Assembly: GCA_963665325.3 (NCBI GenBank)
Contig: CAXXWS020000003.1
Span: 384,001 to 448,000, forward strand
Direction of reading: 5' to 3'
Length of the DNA stretch: 64,000 nucleotides
Origin: Alphaproteobacteria bacterium
GTDB lineage: Bacteria; Pseudomonadota; Alphaproteobacteria; Bin95
Below the pieces are notes generated by a model. That model was not told the origin of the DNA. It did no database searches and saw nothing but the letters and a program-made list of their open reading frames with translations. Each line of letters begins with the position of its first letter. Within the stretch, counting starts at the first letter, position 1. Position numbers and translations under genes: made by a program. Shown in pieces: positions 38,802-48,776 of this stretch.

Positions 38802-40185
38802 GCGGGCACAGGTTCCATCCGAGCTTCCTGCGCGAATACGATGCGCGCGGCATTGTCGGCGCGACGCTGGACAAGGCAGATGCGCTGGCACTCGGCCGCG
38901 CGTTCGGCACCGTCCTGGCGCGGAGCGGCCGGGGCAGCGCGGCAGTCGGCTATGACGGCCGGCTGAGTTCCCCCGGCCTTGAAGCGGCGCTGGTCGAAGG
39001 GCTTTCCGCCGCCGGAATCGCCGTCACCCGCATCGGCCTCGGGCCGACGCCCATGCTCTATTTCGCGATGTACCATCTGGGCTCGACGGCGGCGTCATGG
39101 TCACCGGCTCGCACAACCCGCCGGACTACAATGGCTTCAAGATGGTGCTGGCGGGCGAGGCATTCTTCGGCGAACGCATCCGAGAGCTTGGGCCGCTCGC
39201 CGCTGCGGGCGACTTCGCCAGCGGGAGGGGTGCGGTCTCGGAGGCGGCGGTCGAGGACGCCTATGTTGCGCGGCTGGCCGAGGAAGCCGGCGAGGGACCG
39301 GGGCTTCGCGTCGGGTGGGACGCCGGCAACGGCTCGGCCGGGCGGGTCATGGCGCGCCTCGCCGCCCGGCTGCCGGGCGAGCATTTCCTGCTGAACGAGC
39401 GCATCGACGGGACCTTCCCTGCCCACCATCCGGACCCGACCGTGCCGGAGAACCTGGCCCAGCTTGTCGATCTGGTGCGCCGCGAGCGGCTCGACCTCGG
39501 CATAGCGCTCGACGGCGACGGCGACCGCATCGGCGCGGTCGATGGCGAGGGGGAAGTGCTCTGGGCGGACCAGCTTCTCATCCTGCTCGCCCGCGACCTG
39601 CTCGCGGAACGGCCGGGAGCGAGCATCATCGCCGATGTGAAGGCGAGCCAGGCGCTGTTCGACGCCGTGGCGGCGGCCGGCGGCCGGCCGGAGATGTGGA
39701 AGACCGGACATACGCTCATCAAGAGCCGCATGGTCGAGACCGGCGCGCCGCTCGCCGGCGAGATGAGCGGCCATATCTTCTTCGCCGACCGCTGGTATGG
39801 CTTCGACGACGGCCTCTATGCCGCGCTCCGCCTGCTGGGGGCGCTCGAGCGTTCGGGCGCCTCTCTGGCGGAGTTCCGTCGCGCGCTGCCGGTCTGGCTC
39901 AACACGCCCGAATTGCGCTTCCCCTGCCCGGAGGCGCGCAAATTCGAAGTTCCGGGCGAAGTCGCCGGCCGGCTGGCCGCGACCGGCGCCGAGGTCAACG
40001 CAACCGACGGCGTGCGCGTTTCCACCGGCGACGGCTGGTGGCTGCTGCGCGCCTCCAACACCCAGGATGTGCTCGTTGCGCGCTGCGAGGCGCATGCGGG
40101 GGCGGGGCAGGCCGGGCTCGACCGGCTCAAGGCCGCGCTCACCGCCGAACTCCGCGCCTCGGGTGTCGAACCCCCGGAGATCTGA
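38798..40185 (+). pseudogene. Phosphomannomutase/phosphoglucomutase (AlgC/PgmG-like), frameshifted near 39080 (real lesion or sequence error)
   Basis: N-part LREYDARG...GYDGRLSS...PTPMLYF is in one frame and VMVTGSHNP...DGDGDR...GEMSGH in another; inserting one G at ctgggctcgac restores [16 protein letters not shown]. Confidence 0.85.
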
Positions 40186-40192
40186 CCCTGCC

Positions 40193-40540
40193 ATGCCAGC
40201 AACCCGTCCCAACCCTCTCAAGCTCAACCGCCTGCAATGCAAGACGCTCGCGCTGTTGCAGGCGCTCGCCGAACTGCCGCGCTACGCGACGCCGGGACCC
40301 GAGGAGGGTGAGACCGTAATCGATTCCATGCCGCCCGCGCACGGCGACCATTTCCATGTCGGGCCCTGGATCGTGTTGGCCCGCGACGCGACCGGGCTTG
40401 GCAATTCTTCCGTGCGGGCGGCGCTCATCCGCCGGGGGCTGGTGCGCGATGCTGCCGGCCGCACCGTGCTGACGGCCGCCGGCAAGGACTACGAAACCGG
40501 GATGGCCAAGTCTATCCTGCATGGCAGCGACCACGATTGA
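40193..40540 (+). CDS. Hypothetical protein, His-containing, possibly winged-helix
   Basis: Fills the operon gap; NPLKLN, HGDHFH, LIRRGLV...LTAAG and C-terminal HGSDHD. Confidence 0.75.
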   Translation: MPATRPNPLKLNRLQCKTLALLQALAELPRYATPGPEEGETVIDSMPPAHGDHFHVGPWIVLARDATGLGNSSVRAALIRRGLVRDAAGRTVLTAAGKDYETGMAKSILHGSDHD

Positions 40541-40581
40541 CACAAGGCGGCCGGGGGCGGCCGCCGGACGGGAGGGGAAAT

Positions 40582-41502
40582 ATGCGCATCGGTTTCATCG
40601 GCCTCGGCATCATGGGCGGCCCCATGGCGCTCAATATCCGCAAGGCGGGCTTCGACATGACGGTCCACGACCTGAACCGTCAGGCCGCCGGCCCGCTGGA
40701 GGCCGCCGGGGCGGCGTGGGCGGACAGCGTGCGCGCCGTCGCGGAGGCCTCCGATGTGGTGCTGACCTCGCTGCCGGGCCCGCCGGAGGTGGAGGCCGTC
40801 GCCCCGGAACTGCTGGCGGGTTTCACCGCGGGCAAGGTCTGGTTCGACCTCACGACCAACTCCCCGGTGCTGATCCGCCGCCTGCACCCGGCCTTCGCGG
40901 AAATCGGCGCGGAACTGTTCGATGCGCCGGTGAGCGGCGGCCCGCGCGGCGCGCAGTCGGGCAAGCTCGCCGTGCTGGTCGGCGGCGACAAGGCGGTGTT
41001 CGAGGCCAATCGCGCCCCGCTCGACGCGATGGGCGACCAGGTGCGCCATGTGGGTCCTTTGGGCGCGGGCGCGGTCACCAAGCTCGTCCACAACGCGTCG
41101 GCCTATGCGATGCAGGCTGCGGTCGCCGAGATGTTCACCGCGGGCGTCAAGGCCGGCGTCGAGCCGCTGGCGCTCTGGGAGGCGATCCGCCAGGGCGTGC
41201 GCGGGCGCCAGCGCGGCTTCGACAGCCTCTCGGACCATTTCCTGCCCAACGACTACGACCCGCCGGACTTCGCGCTCCGCCTCGCCCACAAGGACGTTTC
41301 GCTCGCCGCCGAGCTCGGCCGCGACATGGGCGTGCCGATGCGGCTCATCGACATGACCCGCGCCGAAATGAGCGAGGCGATGGGCCGGGGCTGGGGCGAC
41401 CGCGACTCCCGCGCCTTCCTCATCCTCCAGCAGGAACGCGCCGGTGTGCATATCGAAGTGGACAAGGCCGCCATCGACGCCGTGCTCAAGGCGGACGAGT
41501 AG
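40582..41502 (+). CDS. NAD(P)-dependent beta-hydroxyacid dehydrogenase (3-hydroxyisobutyrate DH family)
   Basis: IGFIGLGIMG, DAPVSGG, KLVHN and FALRLAHKD. Confidence 0.92.
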   Translation: MRIGFIGLGIMGGPMALNIRKAGFDMTVHDLNRQAAGPLEAAGAAWADSVRAVAEASDVVLTSLPGPPEVEAVAPELLAGFTAGKVWFDLTTNSPVLIRRLHPAFAEIGAELFDAPVSGGPRGAQSGKLAVLVGGDKAVFEANRAPLDAMGDQVRHVGPLGAGAVTKLVHNASAYAMQAAVAEMFTAGVKAGVEPLALWEAIRQGVRGRQRGFDSLSDHFLPNDYDPPDFALRLAHKDVSLAAELGRDMGVPMRLIDMTRAEMSEAMGRGWGDRDSRAFLILQQERAGVHIEVDKAAIDAVLKADE

Positions 41503-41518
41503 GGGCGGAGGCGCGACT

Positions 41519-42202
41519 GTGACGGCAGCCACCATTCCGTCCGCGCTGTTCGACTTCCTGCGCGAGCTGAAGGAGAACAACGACCGGGGCTGGTTCGAGG
41601 CGAACCGGGAGCGTTATGTCGGGCAGGTGCGCGACCCGATGCTGGACTTCATCGCCGCCTTCGGGGAGCCGCTGGCCGCGATCAGTCCGCATTTCCGCGC
41701 CGACCCGAGGGCGAACGGCGGCTCGCTGTTCCGCATCTACCGCGACACCCGCTTCTCGCGGGACAAGACGCCCTACAAGACCAATGTCGGCGCGCATTTC
41801 CGCCACGCCGCCGGCAAGGACGCCCACGCGCCCGGCTTCTACCTGCACCTGGAGCCGGGCCGCTGCTTCGCGGGCTGCGGCATCTGGCGGCCGGGCGGCG
41901 AGGCGGTGGGGCATATTCGGGACGCCATAGCCGGGCGGCCCCGGGTGTGGAGGCGCGTCACCGGCGCCTCGTTTTGCGAGACCTTCGCGCTGATGGGAGA
42001 GTCGCTCAAGCGCCCGCCGCGCGGCTACGACGCGGACCATCCGCTGATCGAGGACCTGAAGCGCAAGGACTTCATCGCTAGGGCCGAAGTTTCGGAGGCC
42101 GACGCCATCGCGCCCGATTTCCTGGATCGCTTCACCGGCATTGCACGCTCGGGAGGCCCTTTCGTCCGTTTCCTGTCCGAAGCCCTCGGCGTCCCGTTCT
42201 GA
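41519..42202 (+). CDS. DUF2461 (TIGR02453) family protein
   Basis: ENNDRGWF, FRIYRDTRFSRDKTPYK and LKRPPRGY. Confidence 0.92.
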   Translation: MTAATIPSALFDFLRELKENNDRGWFEANRERYVGQVRDPMLDFIAAFGEPLAAISPHFRADPRANGGSLFRIYRDTRFSRDKTPYKTNVGAHFRHAAGKDAHAPGFYLHLEPGRCFAGCGIWRPGGEAVGHIRDAIAGRPRVWRRVTGASFCETFALMGESLKRPPRGYDADHPLIEDLKRKDFIARAEVSEADAIAPDFLDRFTGIARSGGPFVRFLSEALGVPF

Positions 42203-42212
42203 ACACGAGGCC

Positions 42213-43079
42213 TCAGACAGCCGGCCGGCCACCCGCCTCCATGTCGTGGACGGCCCATGAGACCCAGGTGGTCCACCAGCCGTTGACGTCGAGGCCGGCG
42301 GCGGCTTGCAGAGCGCGGAGCGCGGCGTCGGAGCGCGGGCCCCACACGCCATCCAGGGGGCCCGGCGCGAAGCCGAGGCGGGCGAGCGCCCGCTGGCGGC
42401 CTTCCGGCAGCCAGACATCCGACCACACATCCGGCAGCGCCGGGTCGTCATAGATCTCGCGCAGCACCCGGGCGAAGGGGAATCCCACCACGTCCTGCTT
42501 CCAGGTCGGGCAGAGGTCGTGATGGCCGTGATGGTCGCGCGGGCCGATCTCCGGCCAGCGGCCCACGATCTCCCGGCCGACAGCCGCCATCATGGCGATC
42601 TGCTCCTCCGTCCAGGGCTCGACCCGGTAAACATGGCGGCCGTCGGGTGTCGCGGCCTCTATCCAGTCCGCGCCGGCCGGCACGCCGTCGCGCGCATAGC
42701 CGATATTCACCGTTTCAATGCCGATGCAGGCGCGGGCGCCCTTGGTGCGGACGGTCGAGGGCCGGCCGTCCCAGCGCAGCTTCTGTTCGACGCCCGCATG
42801 CCAGGACCGGTTCGCGAGCGAGACATAGCGCGACACGCCTTCGGCGAAGCTGCGCCCGACGGCGTAGTGGGCCGAGGCCTGCCCCTTGCGCTCCGCTTCC
42901 GCGCCGCCCAGCAACCGGTCGCAGGTTGCGAGGTCGTGTGTCGCGGTCCAGTGCCAGGTGACTCCCTTCGGCGCGCCGCCTGTTGCCTTCGTCCAGCCGC
43001 GCGAGACCGCGTGTCCCCTGCCGAGCGGGATGCGCGGGCCCGCGTCGGTGCGGAAGTCCGCCGGCAGTGCCGGGTTCAC
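42213..43079 (-). CDS. N-acetylmuramoyl-L-alanine amidase (Amidase_2-like) with C-terminal peptidoglycan-binding domain
   Basis: TWHWTA, ASAHY, SWHAG, IGIE, GHHD and [29 protein letters not shown]. Confidence 0.85.
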   Translation of the reverse strand: MNPALPADFRTDAGPRIPLGRGHAVSRGWTKATGGAPKGVTWHWTATHDLATCDRLLGGAEAERKGQASAHYAVGRSFAEGVSRYVSLANRSWHAGVEQKLRWDGRPSTVRTKGARACIGIETVNIGYARDGVPAGADWIEAATPDGRHVYRVEPWTEEQIAMMAAVGREIVGRWPEIGPRDHHGHHDLCPTWKQDVVGFPFARVLREIYDDPALPDVWSDVWLPEGRQRALARLGFAPGPLDGVWGPRSDAALRALQAAAGLDVNGWWTTWVSWAVHDMEAGGRPAV

Positions 43080-44647
43080 GCGGCGTCCCGTGCGAGCGCG
43101 CTGCGAATCATCGCTTCGGTCTCGGCCAGCCCGTAGAGCGCGGCGAAGGAGCCGAAGCGCGGCCCCTGCTTGCGCCCGAGCAGGACTTCGTAGAGCGCGG
43201 AGAACCACGTCCGCAGCGGCTCGAAGCCATGCGCCTTGCCGACCGCATAGACATCTGCCTGCACGGTCTCTCCGTCCGCATCCCGCGGCAGCGCGGCCAG
43301 CCGGTCGGCAAGCTCCGCCAGCGCAGCTGCTTCCTTTGCGTCCGGATCGCGCCAGACCTTCTGCGGCGCCACGAAATCGCAGCAATAGGCAACCGCGAAG
43401 TCCGCCAGCCGGTCCAGCTGCGGCCGTCTCTCGGGCGACGCCTCCGGGTCGTAGCGCGAGATGAAGCCCCAGAGCGTGCTCTTGTCCCGCGCGTCGCTCG
43501 CCGCCGCCAGGTTGAGCAGCAGGGAGAATGAAATGCCCTCCTCCGGCTCCGGCGGGGCGCCCGCATGAATGTGCCAGGCCGGGTTCTCCAGCGACTTGTC
43601 CTCGTCTTCGCCGGGGGCGCGGGCGAGGAAGGACCGGTAATCGTCCACGGCACGCGGGATCACGTCGAAATAGAGCCGCTTGGCCGCCTTCGGCTTCTGG
43701 AACATGAAGAGCGCCAGGCTCTCCTCCGGCGCATAGGTCAGCCATTCGTCGATGGAAAGGCCGTTTCCCCTGGACTTGGAAATCTTCTCGCCGCGCTCGT
43801 CGAGGAACAGCTCGTAGATGAACCCCTCCGGCTGGCGCCCGCCGAGCGCGCGGCAGATGCGCCCCGAGAGCCGGACCGAGTCGATCAGGTCCTTGCCGGC
43901 CATTTCGTAATCGACATCCAGCGCCCGCCAGCGCATTGCCCAGTCGGCCTTCCATTGCAACTTGCACCCGCCGCCGGTGACCGGCTGTTCGACCCGCTGG
44001 CCGTTCTCGTCCGCATAGACGACGGTCCCGGCGTCCGGGTCCCGGTGCAGGATCGGTACCTGAAGCACGATGCCGGTCTTCGGGCATACCGGCAGGAAGG
44101 GGCTGTAGGTCTGCCGGCGCTCCGGGCCGAGCGTCGGCAGCACAATTTCCATCACCGCGTCGTAGGCATGCAGCACGGCGAGCAGCGCCTCGTCGAACCG
44201 GCCGGAGCGGTAGCACTCGGTCGCGCTCACGAATTCGTAGTCGAAGCCGAAACGGTCGAGGAAGGCTTGCAGCCGGGCGTTGTTGTGCGCGCCGAAGCTC
44301 TCATGCGTGCCGAAAGGGTCGGGCACGGAGGTCAGCGGCTTGCCGAGATGGGCTTCCAGCGCCTCGCGGTTCGGCACATTGTCGGGCACCCGGCGCAGGC
44401 CGTCCATGTCGTCCGAGAAGGCGAAGAGCCGCGTCGGAATGTCGGATAGTTCGGCGAAAGCCCGGCGCACCATTGCCGTTCGCGCGACCTCGCCGAACGT
44501 ACCGATATGCGGCAGGCCGGAAGGGCCGTAGCCGGTCTCGAACAGCGCATAGCCCTTGTCCGGCACGGCGTCCCCGAGGCGCGCCAGCAGCTTGCGCGCT
44601 TCCTCGAAGGGCCAGGCGCGGGCTTGGGCGGCGGCATCGCTGGACAT
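43076..44647 (-). CDS. lysS: Lysine--tRNA ligase, class I
   Basis: [26 protein letters not shown] and GPRFGSF. Confidence 0.96.
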   Translation of the reverse strand: MSSDAAAQARAWPFEEARKLLARLGDAVPDKGYALFETGYGPSGLPHIGTFGEVARTAMVRRAFAELSDIPTRLFAFSDDMDGLRRVPDNVPNREALEAHLGKPLTSVPDPFGTHESFGAHNNARLQAFLDRFGFDYEFVSATECYRSGRFDEALLAVLHAYDAVMEIVLPTLGPERRQTYSPFLPVCPKTGIVLQVPILHRDPDAGTVVYADENGQRVEQPVTGGGCKLQWKADWAMRWRALDVDYEMAGKDLIDSVRLSGRICRALGGRQPEGFIYELFLDERGEKISKSRGNGLSIDEWLTYAPEESLALFMFQKPKAAKRLYFDVIPRAVDDYRSFLARAPGEDEDKSLENPAWHIHAGAPPEPEEGISFSLLLNLAAASDARDKSTLWGFISRYDPEASPERRPQLDRLADFAVAYCCDFVAPQKVWRDPDAKEAAALAELADRLAALPRDADGETVQADVYAVGKAHGFEPLRTWFSALYEVLLGRKQGPRFGSFAALYGLAETEAMIRSALARDAA

Positions 44648-45112
44648 GGGGGGCGGCTCCGGAATGGGGCGGGCGGAGCCTAAAGGCTCGCGCTCCCGCT
44701 GCAAAGCCGACCGGCTTGGCGCCTCTCCGGCGGCCGGCGGGACCCCCTGCAAAGTGTCATGGGATGTCATGTTTTGTCATGCGGCGAGGTTGGGGTCATG
44801 GCTTCCGGCCTGTCGGGGCCGCCGCCAGTGCAGTTCGGGGGGCGGTTGCGGTCATCTCGTCTCCTTGTCCGACCGGGAGCGGCGGTCCCTTTGCCGCGCG
44901 CAATCGCGCGCGGGCGGGCGCGCCCGTTAGCGCCGGCGCGGTTCGCGCGCCTGATTGCGCGCGCGAGGCAGAGGGCGCACGTCTCCCGTCGGTTGCTCAG
45001 GGGGTTTTCGAAAATGGCGCCGCCCGGCCGCGCGACGCTGGAGAAGCGGCTCCGGATGCCTCTTTCCTTGGCAACAGTCTAGCACACTTTTCCCAGGCAC
45101 AAGCTCTTTTTT

Positions 45113-45127
45113 GCACAAAATAGGAAC
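45113..45127. promoter_or_regulatory. Near-consensus alphaproteobacterial LexA (SOS) box
   Basis: GCAC-AAAATAG-GAAC, one mismatch to GAAC-N7-GAAC, about 105 bp upstream of the DinG-family helicase. Confidence 0.45.
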
Positions 45128-45232
45128 ATTCTGGAATTTTTCGGACTTCGCAAGGCCGGCGAAAGGTGCGGAGGCCCGGGCGCATGGCGAACCCGTTTCG
45201 CTCTTTCGCGGAACCGCACTACAACCGCCGGC

Positions 45233-47974
45233 ATGGCGTCCGAGAGAAGCATCGTGCTGCCGCGCGCGCCGGCCCTGGTCGCGAGCCCGGCGCGGGCCGT
45301 CTGGCTGGAGCCGGACGGCGGGCTCGAAGCGCTGTCGCTGACCGAGGCGGCGGTGCGCGCGCGCGGCCGGCCGCCGCTTGCCGTTCACGGGCCGGCGACT
45401 TCCAGGCGGCTGGATGCCGTGGCGCGGCCGTTCCGCTCCTACGACCTGCTGGAGCTGTTCGCCTTCGTGCGCCCGGCGCAGTTCTGCCTGCCGACCCCGA
45501 ACGGGCTGGCGGATGCCGCCGGCCTGCCGCGCCCGGCGTCGCTGGAGCGCGCCGCGGAGACGCTGTTCGGCGCGGCCCGTGCCCTGCTCGCGGAGCTCGC
45601 GCGCATGGAAGACCCCGGCGGGGCGGCCGCCGATCTCGCGCTGGATGCGGCGGAATCCGGCTGGCTCTGGGGGCCGTTCGTGCTGGCGGCGCTCGGCATC
45701 GCGGACAAGCGCCCGGCAGGCGGGGCCGGCTTCGCGGTCTGGGAGCGGCTGCCGCTCTGGGCCGAATTCGCTCCGGAACCGCAGCCGTCCAACCGGCCGG
45801 TGGAGCCTGACAAGGCCCGCCGCCGGCTTGCGGACATGCTGGGCCCGGACGCCGAGGACCGGCCGGGCCAGGCGGACTATGCTTCGGCCGCCTCCGCCGC
45901 TTTCCAGCCCCGCGAGCGGGCCGGAGAGCCGCATATGGTGGTCGCCGAGGCCGGAACCGGGGTCGGCAAGACGCTCGGCTACCTGGCGCCGGCGAGCCTC
46001 TGGGCGGAGACGAACGAGGCGCCGGTCTGGATTTCGACCTTTACCCGCAACCTCCAGCACCAGATCGACGGCGAGCTCGACCGGCTGATCCCCGACCCGG
46101 CCGCCAAGCGCCGCCGGGTCGTGCTGCGCAAGGGCCGGGAGAACTATCTCTGCCTGCTGAACCTGGAGGAAACGGTGCGGGCAGCCCGGCTGACGCCGAA
46201 CGAGACGGTACCGCTTGCGCTCGCCGCGCGCTGGGCGGACGCGACCCGCGACGGCGACATGACCGGTGGGGACTTCCCCTCTTGGCTCCCGGACCTGGAA
46301 GGGGCGGCGCGCATACGCGGCCTTGCCGACCGGCGGGGCGAATGCCTCTACTCGGCCTGCTCCCATTATCAGCGCTGCTTCATAGAGCGGGGCATCAGGC
46401 GTGCGCGGCGCGCCGACCTCGTCATCGCCAACCATGCGCTCGTCATGGTGCAGGCGGCGCTGGGCGGGCTCGACGATGCCTGGCTGCCGACCCGCTATGT
46501 GTTCGACGAGGGCCACCATCTCTTCGATGCGGCCGACAGCGCCTTCTCGGCCGAGCTTTCCGGCCTGGAGACGGCGGAGCTGCGCCGCTGGCTGCTGGGG
46601 GCGGAGGGCGGCGGGTCGCGCGCGAGGGGGCTTGCGCGCCGCGCCGAAGACCTGGTGCCGGACGGGAGCGAGGCGGCTGAGGCCCTGGCCGAGGCTGGCC
46701 GCGCGGCCGGCGTCCTGCCCGCGGAGGGCTGGCTCGGCCGCCTCGCCGCCGGCGCGCCGCGCGGGGCGGCGGAACGCTTCCTCGCGGCCGTTCGCCAACA
46801 GGTGCTGGCGCGGGCGGCCGGGCGCGGCAACGAAGCCTATGGCATCGAATGCGAATGCCGCCCGCCGGTGGAGGGCCTGATCGAGGCGGCGCGGGCGCTC
46901 GGCGCGGCGCTGGAGGCGCTGCGCGCCCCGCTCGGGGTGTTGCGCCGGACATTGCTGGCGCGGCTGGCGGACGAGGCCGAGGACCTCGACAGCCGCACGC
47001 GCATCCGCATCGAGGCGCTGGCGCGCGTGCTCCACCGCCGCGCCGAGATGCAGCTTGCGGCCTGGGGCGCCATGCTGGAAGCCCTCGACGCCGAGCCGCC
47101 GGAGGCGTTCGTGGACTGGTTCGAGCTGGAGCGCGCACAGGGCCGCGAGCGCGACGTCGGCATGCTCCGGCGCTGGATCGACCCGACCGCGCCCTTCGCC
47201 GTCGAGGTGGCGGAGCCCGCCCACGGCCTGCTCGTCACTTCGGCGACACTGCGGGACAATGCCCGCGAGCCGGAGGAGGCCTGGCAGGCTGCGGAGATGC
47301 GCACCGGGGCGCAGCATCTCGCAGCCCCCGCCATACGCGCCGCCGCGCCCTCGCCCTTCGACTATCCGGCGCAGACCCGCGCGCTGGTGGTGACGGATGT
47401 GCGCAAGGATGCGGTGGACCAGGTGGCGGCGGCCTGCCGCAGCCTGTTCCTGGCGGCGGGCGGCGGCGCGCTCGGGCTGTTCACGGCGGTTGCGCGGCTG
47501 CGCGCCGTGCATGAGCGCCTGGCGGAACCGCTGGATGCGGCCGGCATCCCGCTGCTGGCCCAGCATGTGGACCGGATGGACGTCGCGACCCTGATCGAGA
47601 TCTTCCGCGCCGAGCCGGATTCGTGCCTGCTCGGCACAGATGCGGTGCGCGACGGGGTGGATGTGCCGGGCCGCGCGCTCAGGCTCATCGCGTTCGACCG
47701 CGTGCCCTGGCCCCGGCCGACCATTCTGCACAAGGCGAGGCGCGCCCATTTCGGCGGCCGGCACTATGACGACATGCTGACCCGGCTCCGGCTGCGCCAG
47801 GCGTTCGGCCGTCTCGTGCGCCGGCGCGACGACCGCGGCGTCTTCGTGCTGCTCGACCCGATGATGCCGTCGCGCCTCGCCGGCGCCTTCCCCGAAGGCG
47901 TCGCGCTGGAGCGCGTCGGGCTGGCGGAGGCTTGCGGGATTGTGTCGACCTTTCTGGAGGAGGAACAACCATGA
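45233..47974 (+). CDS. DinG family ATP-dependent DNA helicase
   Basis: EAGTGVGKT, KGRENYLC, Fe-S cysteines (EC...AC..Y..C), DEGH, GVDVPG and QAFGRLVR. Confidence 0.93.
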   Translation: MASERSIVLPRAPALVASPARAVWLEPDGGLEALSLTEAAVRARGRPPLAVHGPATSRRLDAVARPFRSYDLLELFAFVRPAQFCLPTPNGLADAAGLPRPASLERAAETLFGAARALLAELARMEDPGGAAADLALDAAESGWLWGPFVLAALGIADKRPAGGAGFAVWERLPLWAEFAPEPQPSNRPVEPDKARRRLADMLGPDAEDRPGQADYASAASAAFQPRERAGEPHMVVAEAGTGVGKTLGYLAPASLWAETNEAPVWISTFTRNLQHQIDGELDRLIPDPAAKRRRVVLRKGRENYLCLLNLEETVRAARLTPNETVPLALAARWADATRDGDMTGGDFPSWLPDLEGAARIRGLADRRGECLYSACSHYQRCFIERGIRRARRADLVIANHALVMVQAALGGLDDAWLPTRYVFDEGHHLFDAADSAFSAELSGLETAELRRWLLGAEGGGSRARGLARRAEDLVPDGSEAAEALAEAGRAAGVLPAEGWLGRLAAGAPRGAAERFLAAVRQQVLARAAGRGNEAYGIECECRPPVEGLIEAARALGAALEALRAPLGVLRRTLLARLADEAEDLDSRTRIRIEALARVLHRRAEMQLAAWGAMLEALDAEPPEAFVDWFELERAQGRERDVGMLRRWIDPTAPFAVEVAEPAHGLLVTSATLRDNAREPEEAWQAAEMRTGAQHLAAPAIRAAAPSPFDYPAQTRALVVTDVRKDAVDQVAAACRSLFLAAGGGALGLFTAVARLRAVHERLAEPLDAAGIPLLAQHVDRMDVATLIEIFRAEPDSCLLGTDAVRDGVDVPGRALRLIAFDRVPWPRPTILHKARRAHFGGRHYDDMLTRLRLRQAFGRLVRRRDDRGVFVLLDPMMPSRLAGAFPEGVALERVGLAEACGIVSTFLEEEQP

Positions 47975-48723
47975 CCGAATCGAACGACCGCTCGGCGCTC
48001 CGCGAGGCCGGGACGCGCCTAGCGGAAGAGCTGGAATTGCCCGTGCCGGCCGGAGCGCCGGGGCTCGACGCCTTTGCGCTGGAGGCGGGGTTCGGCTCGC
48101 TGCTGGCGGACCCGGTGCTGCCGCCCGCCGACCGGATGGTCGCGGTGCTCTGCGCGCTCGCACAGAAGGACCGGCAGGGCGATATTGCCGCGCACATCCG
48201 GCCGGCGGTGAAGGCCGGGCTGGACGCGCGGGAACTCCGCGAGATTTTCGTGCAATGCGGGCTCTATGGCGGGCTGCCGATGGCGGCGCATGCGCTGGAC
48301 ACGCTGAACGCCCAACTGGGCCACCCGGACCGGGACGAGGAGGATGCCCGCGATCTGGCGGCGCTGGAGGCGGACGGGCGCGCTACGATGCACGAATTGC
48401 ACGGCGAACGCGCCGAATCGGGCTACGCCGCGCCCGGCAATGCGGGGTCGGCCGCCCTCTACCGCATCGCGATCCTTTACGGCTACGGCGCCATCTGGCA
48501 CCGGCCCGGCCTCTCGCATCGCCGCCGCATGATCGTGGCGCTGGCGAGCATGGCCGTGCTGGGTCTGCACGACACTCTGGCGAAATTCGCCGCCTCGGCC
48601 CGCGCCATGGGCCTCACGCCCGCCGAAATCGCGGCCGCCATCGCCCAGACCGCCCCCTATGCCGGCTTCCCGCCCGCCCTCAACGCGCTCGGCCGCCTCG
48701 CCGATGTGCTGGCGGAAGAATGA
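47971..48723 (+). CDS. Carboxymuconolactone decarboxylase family protein (two CMD repeats)
   Basis: ELREIFVQCGLYGGLP and YGAIWHRPGL...QTAPYAGFP; ATGA-coupled to the helicase. Confidence 0.85.
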   Translation: MTESNDRSALREAGTRLAEELELPVPAGAPGLDAFALEAGFGSLLADPVLPPADRMVAVLCALAQKDRQGDIAAHIRPAVKAGLDARELREIFVQCGLYGGLPMAAHALDTLNAQLGHPDRDEEDARDLAALEADGRATMHELHGERAESGYAAPGNAGSAALYRIAILYGYGAIWHRPGLSHRRRMIVALASMAVLGLHDTLAKFAASARAMGLTPAEIAAAIAQTAPYAGFPPALNALGRLADVLAEE

Positions 48724-48776
48724 CGGCGCGGCGAAGATTTGGAGGATTGGCAGACCGGAGAGAAGGGCGCCGACAT

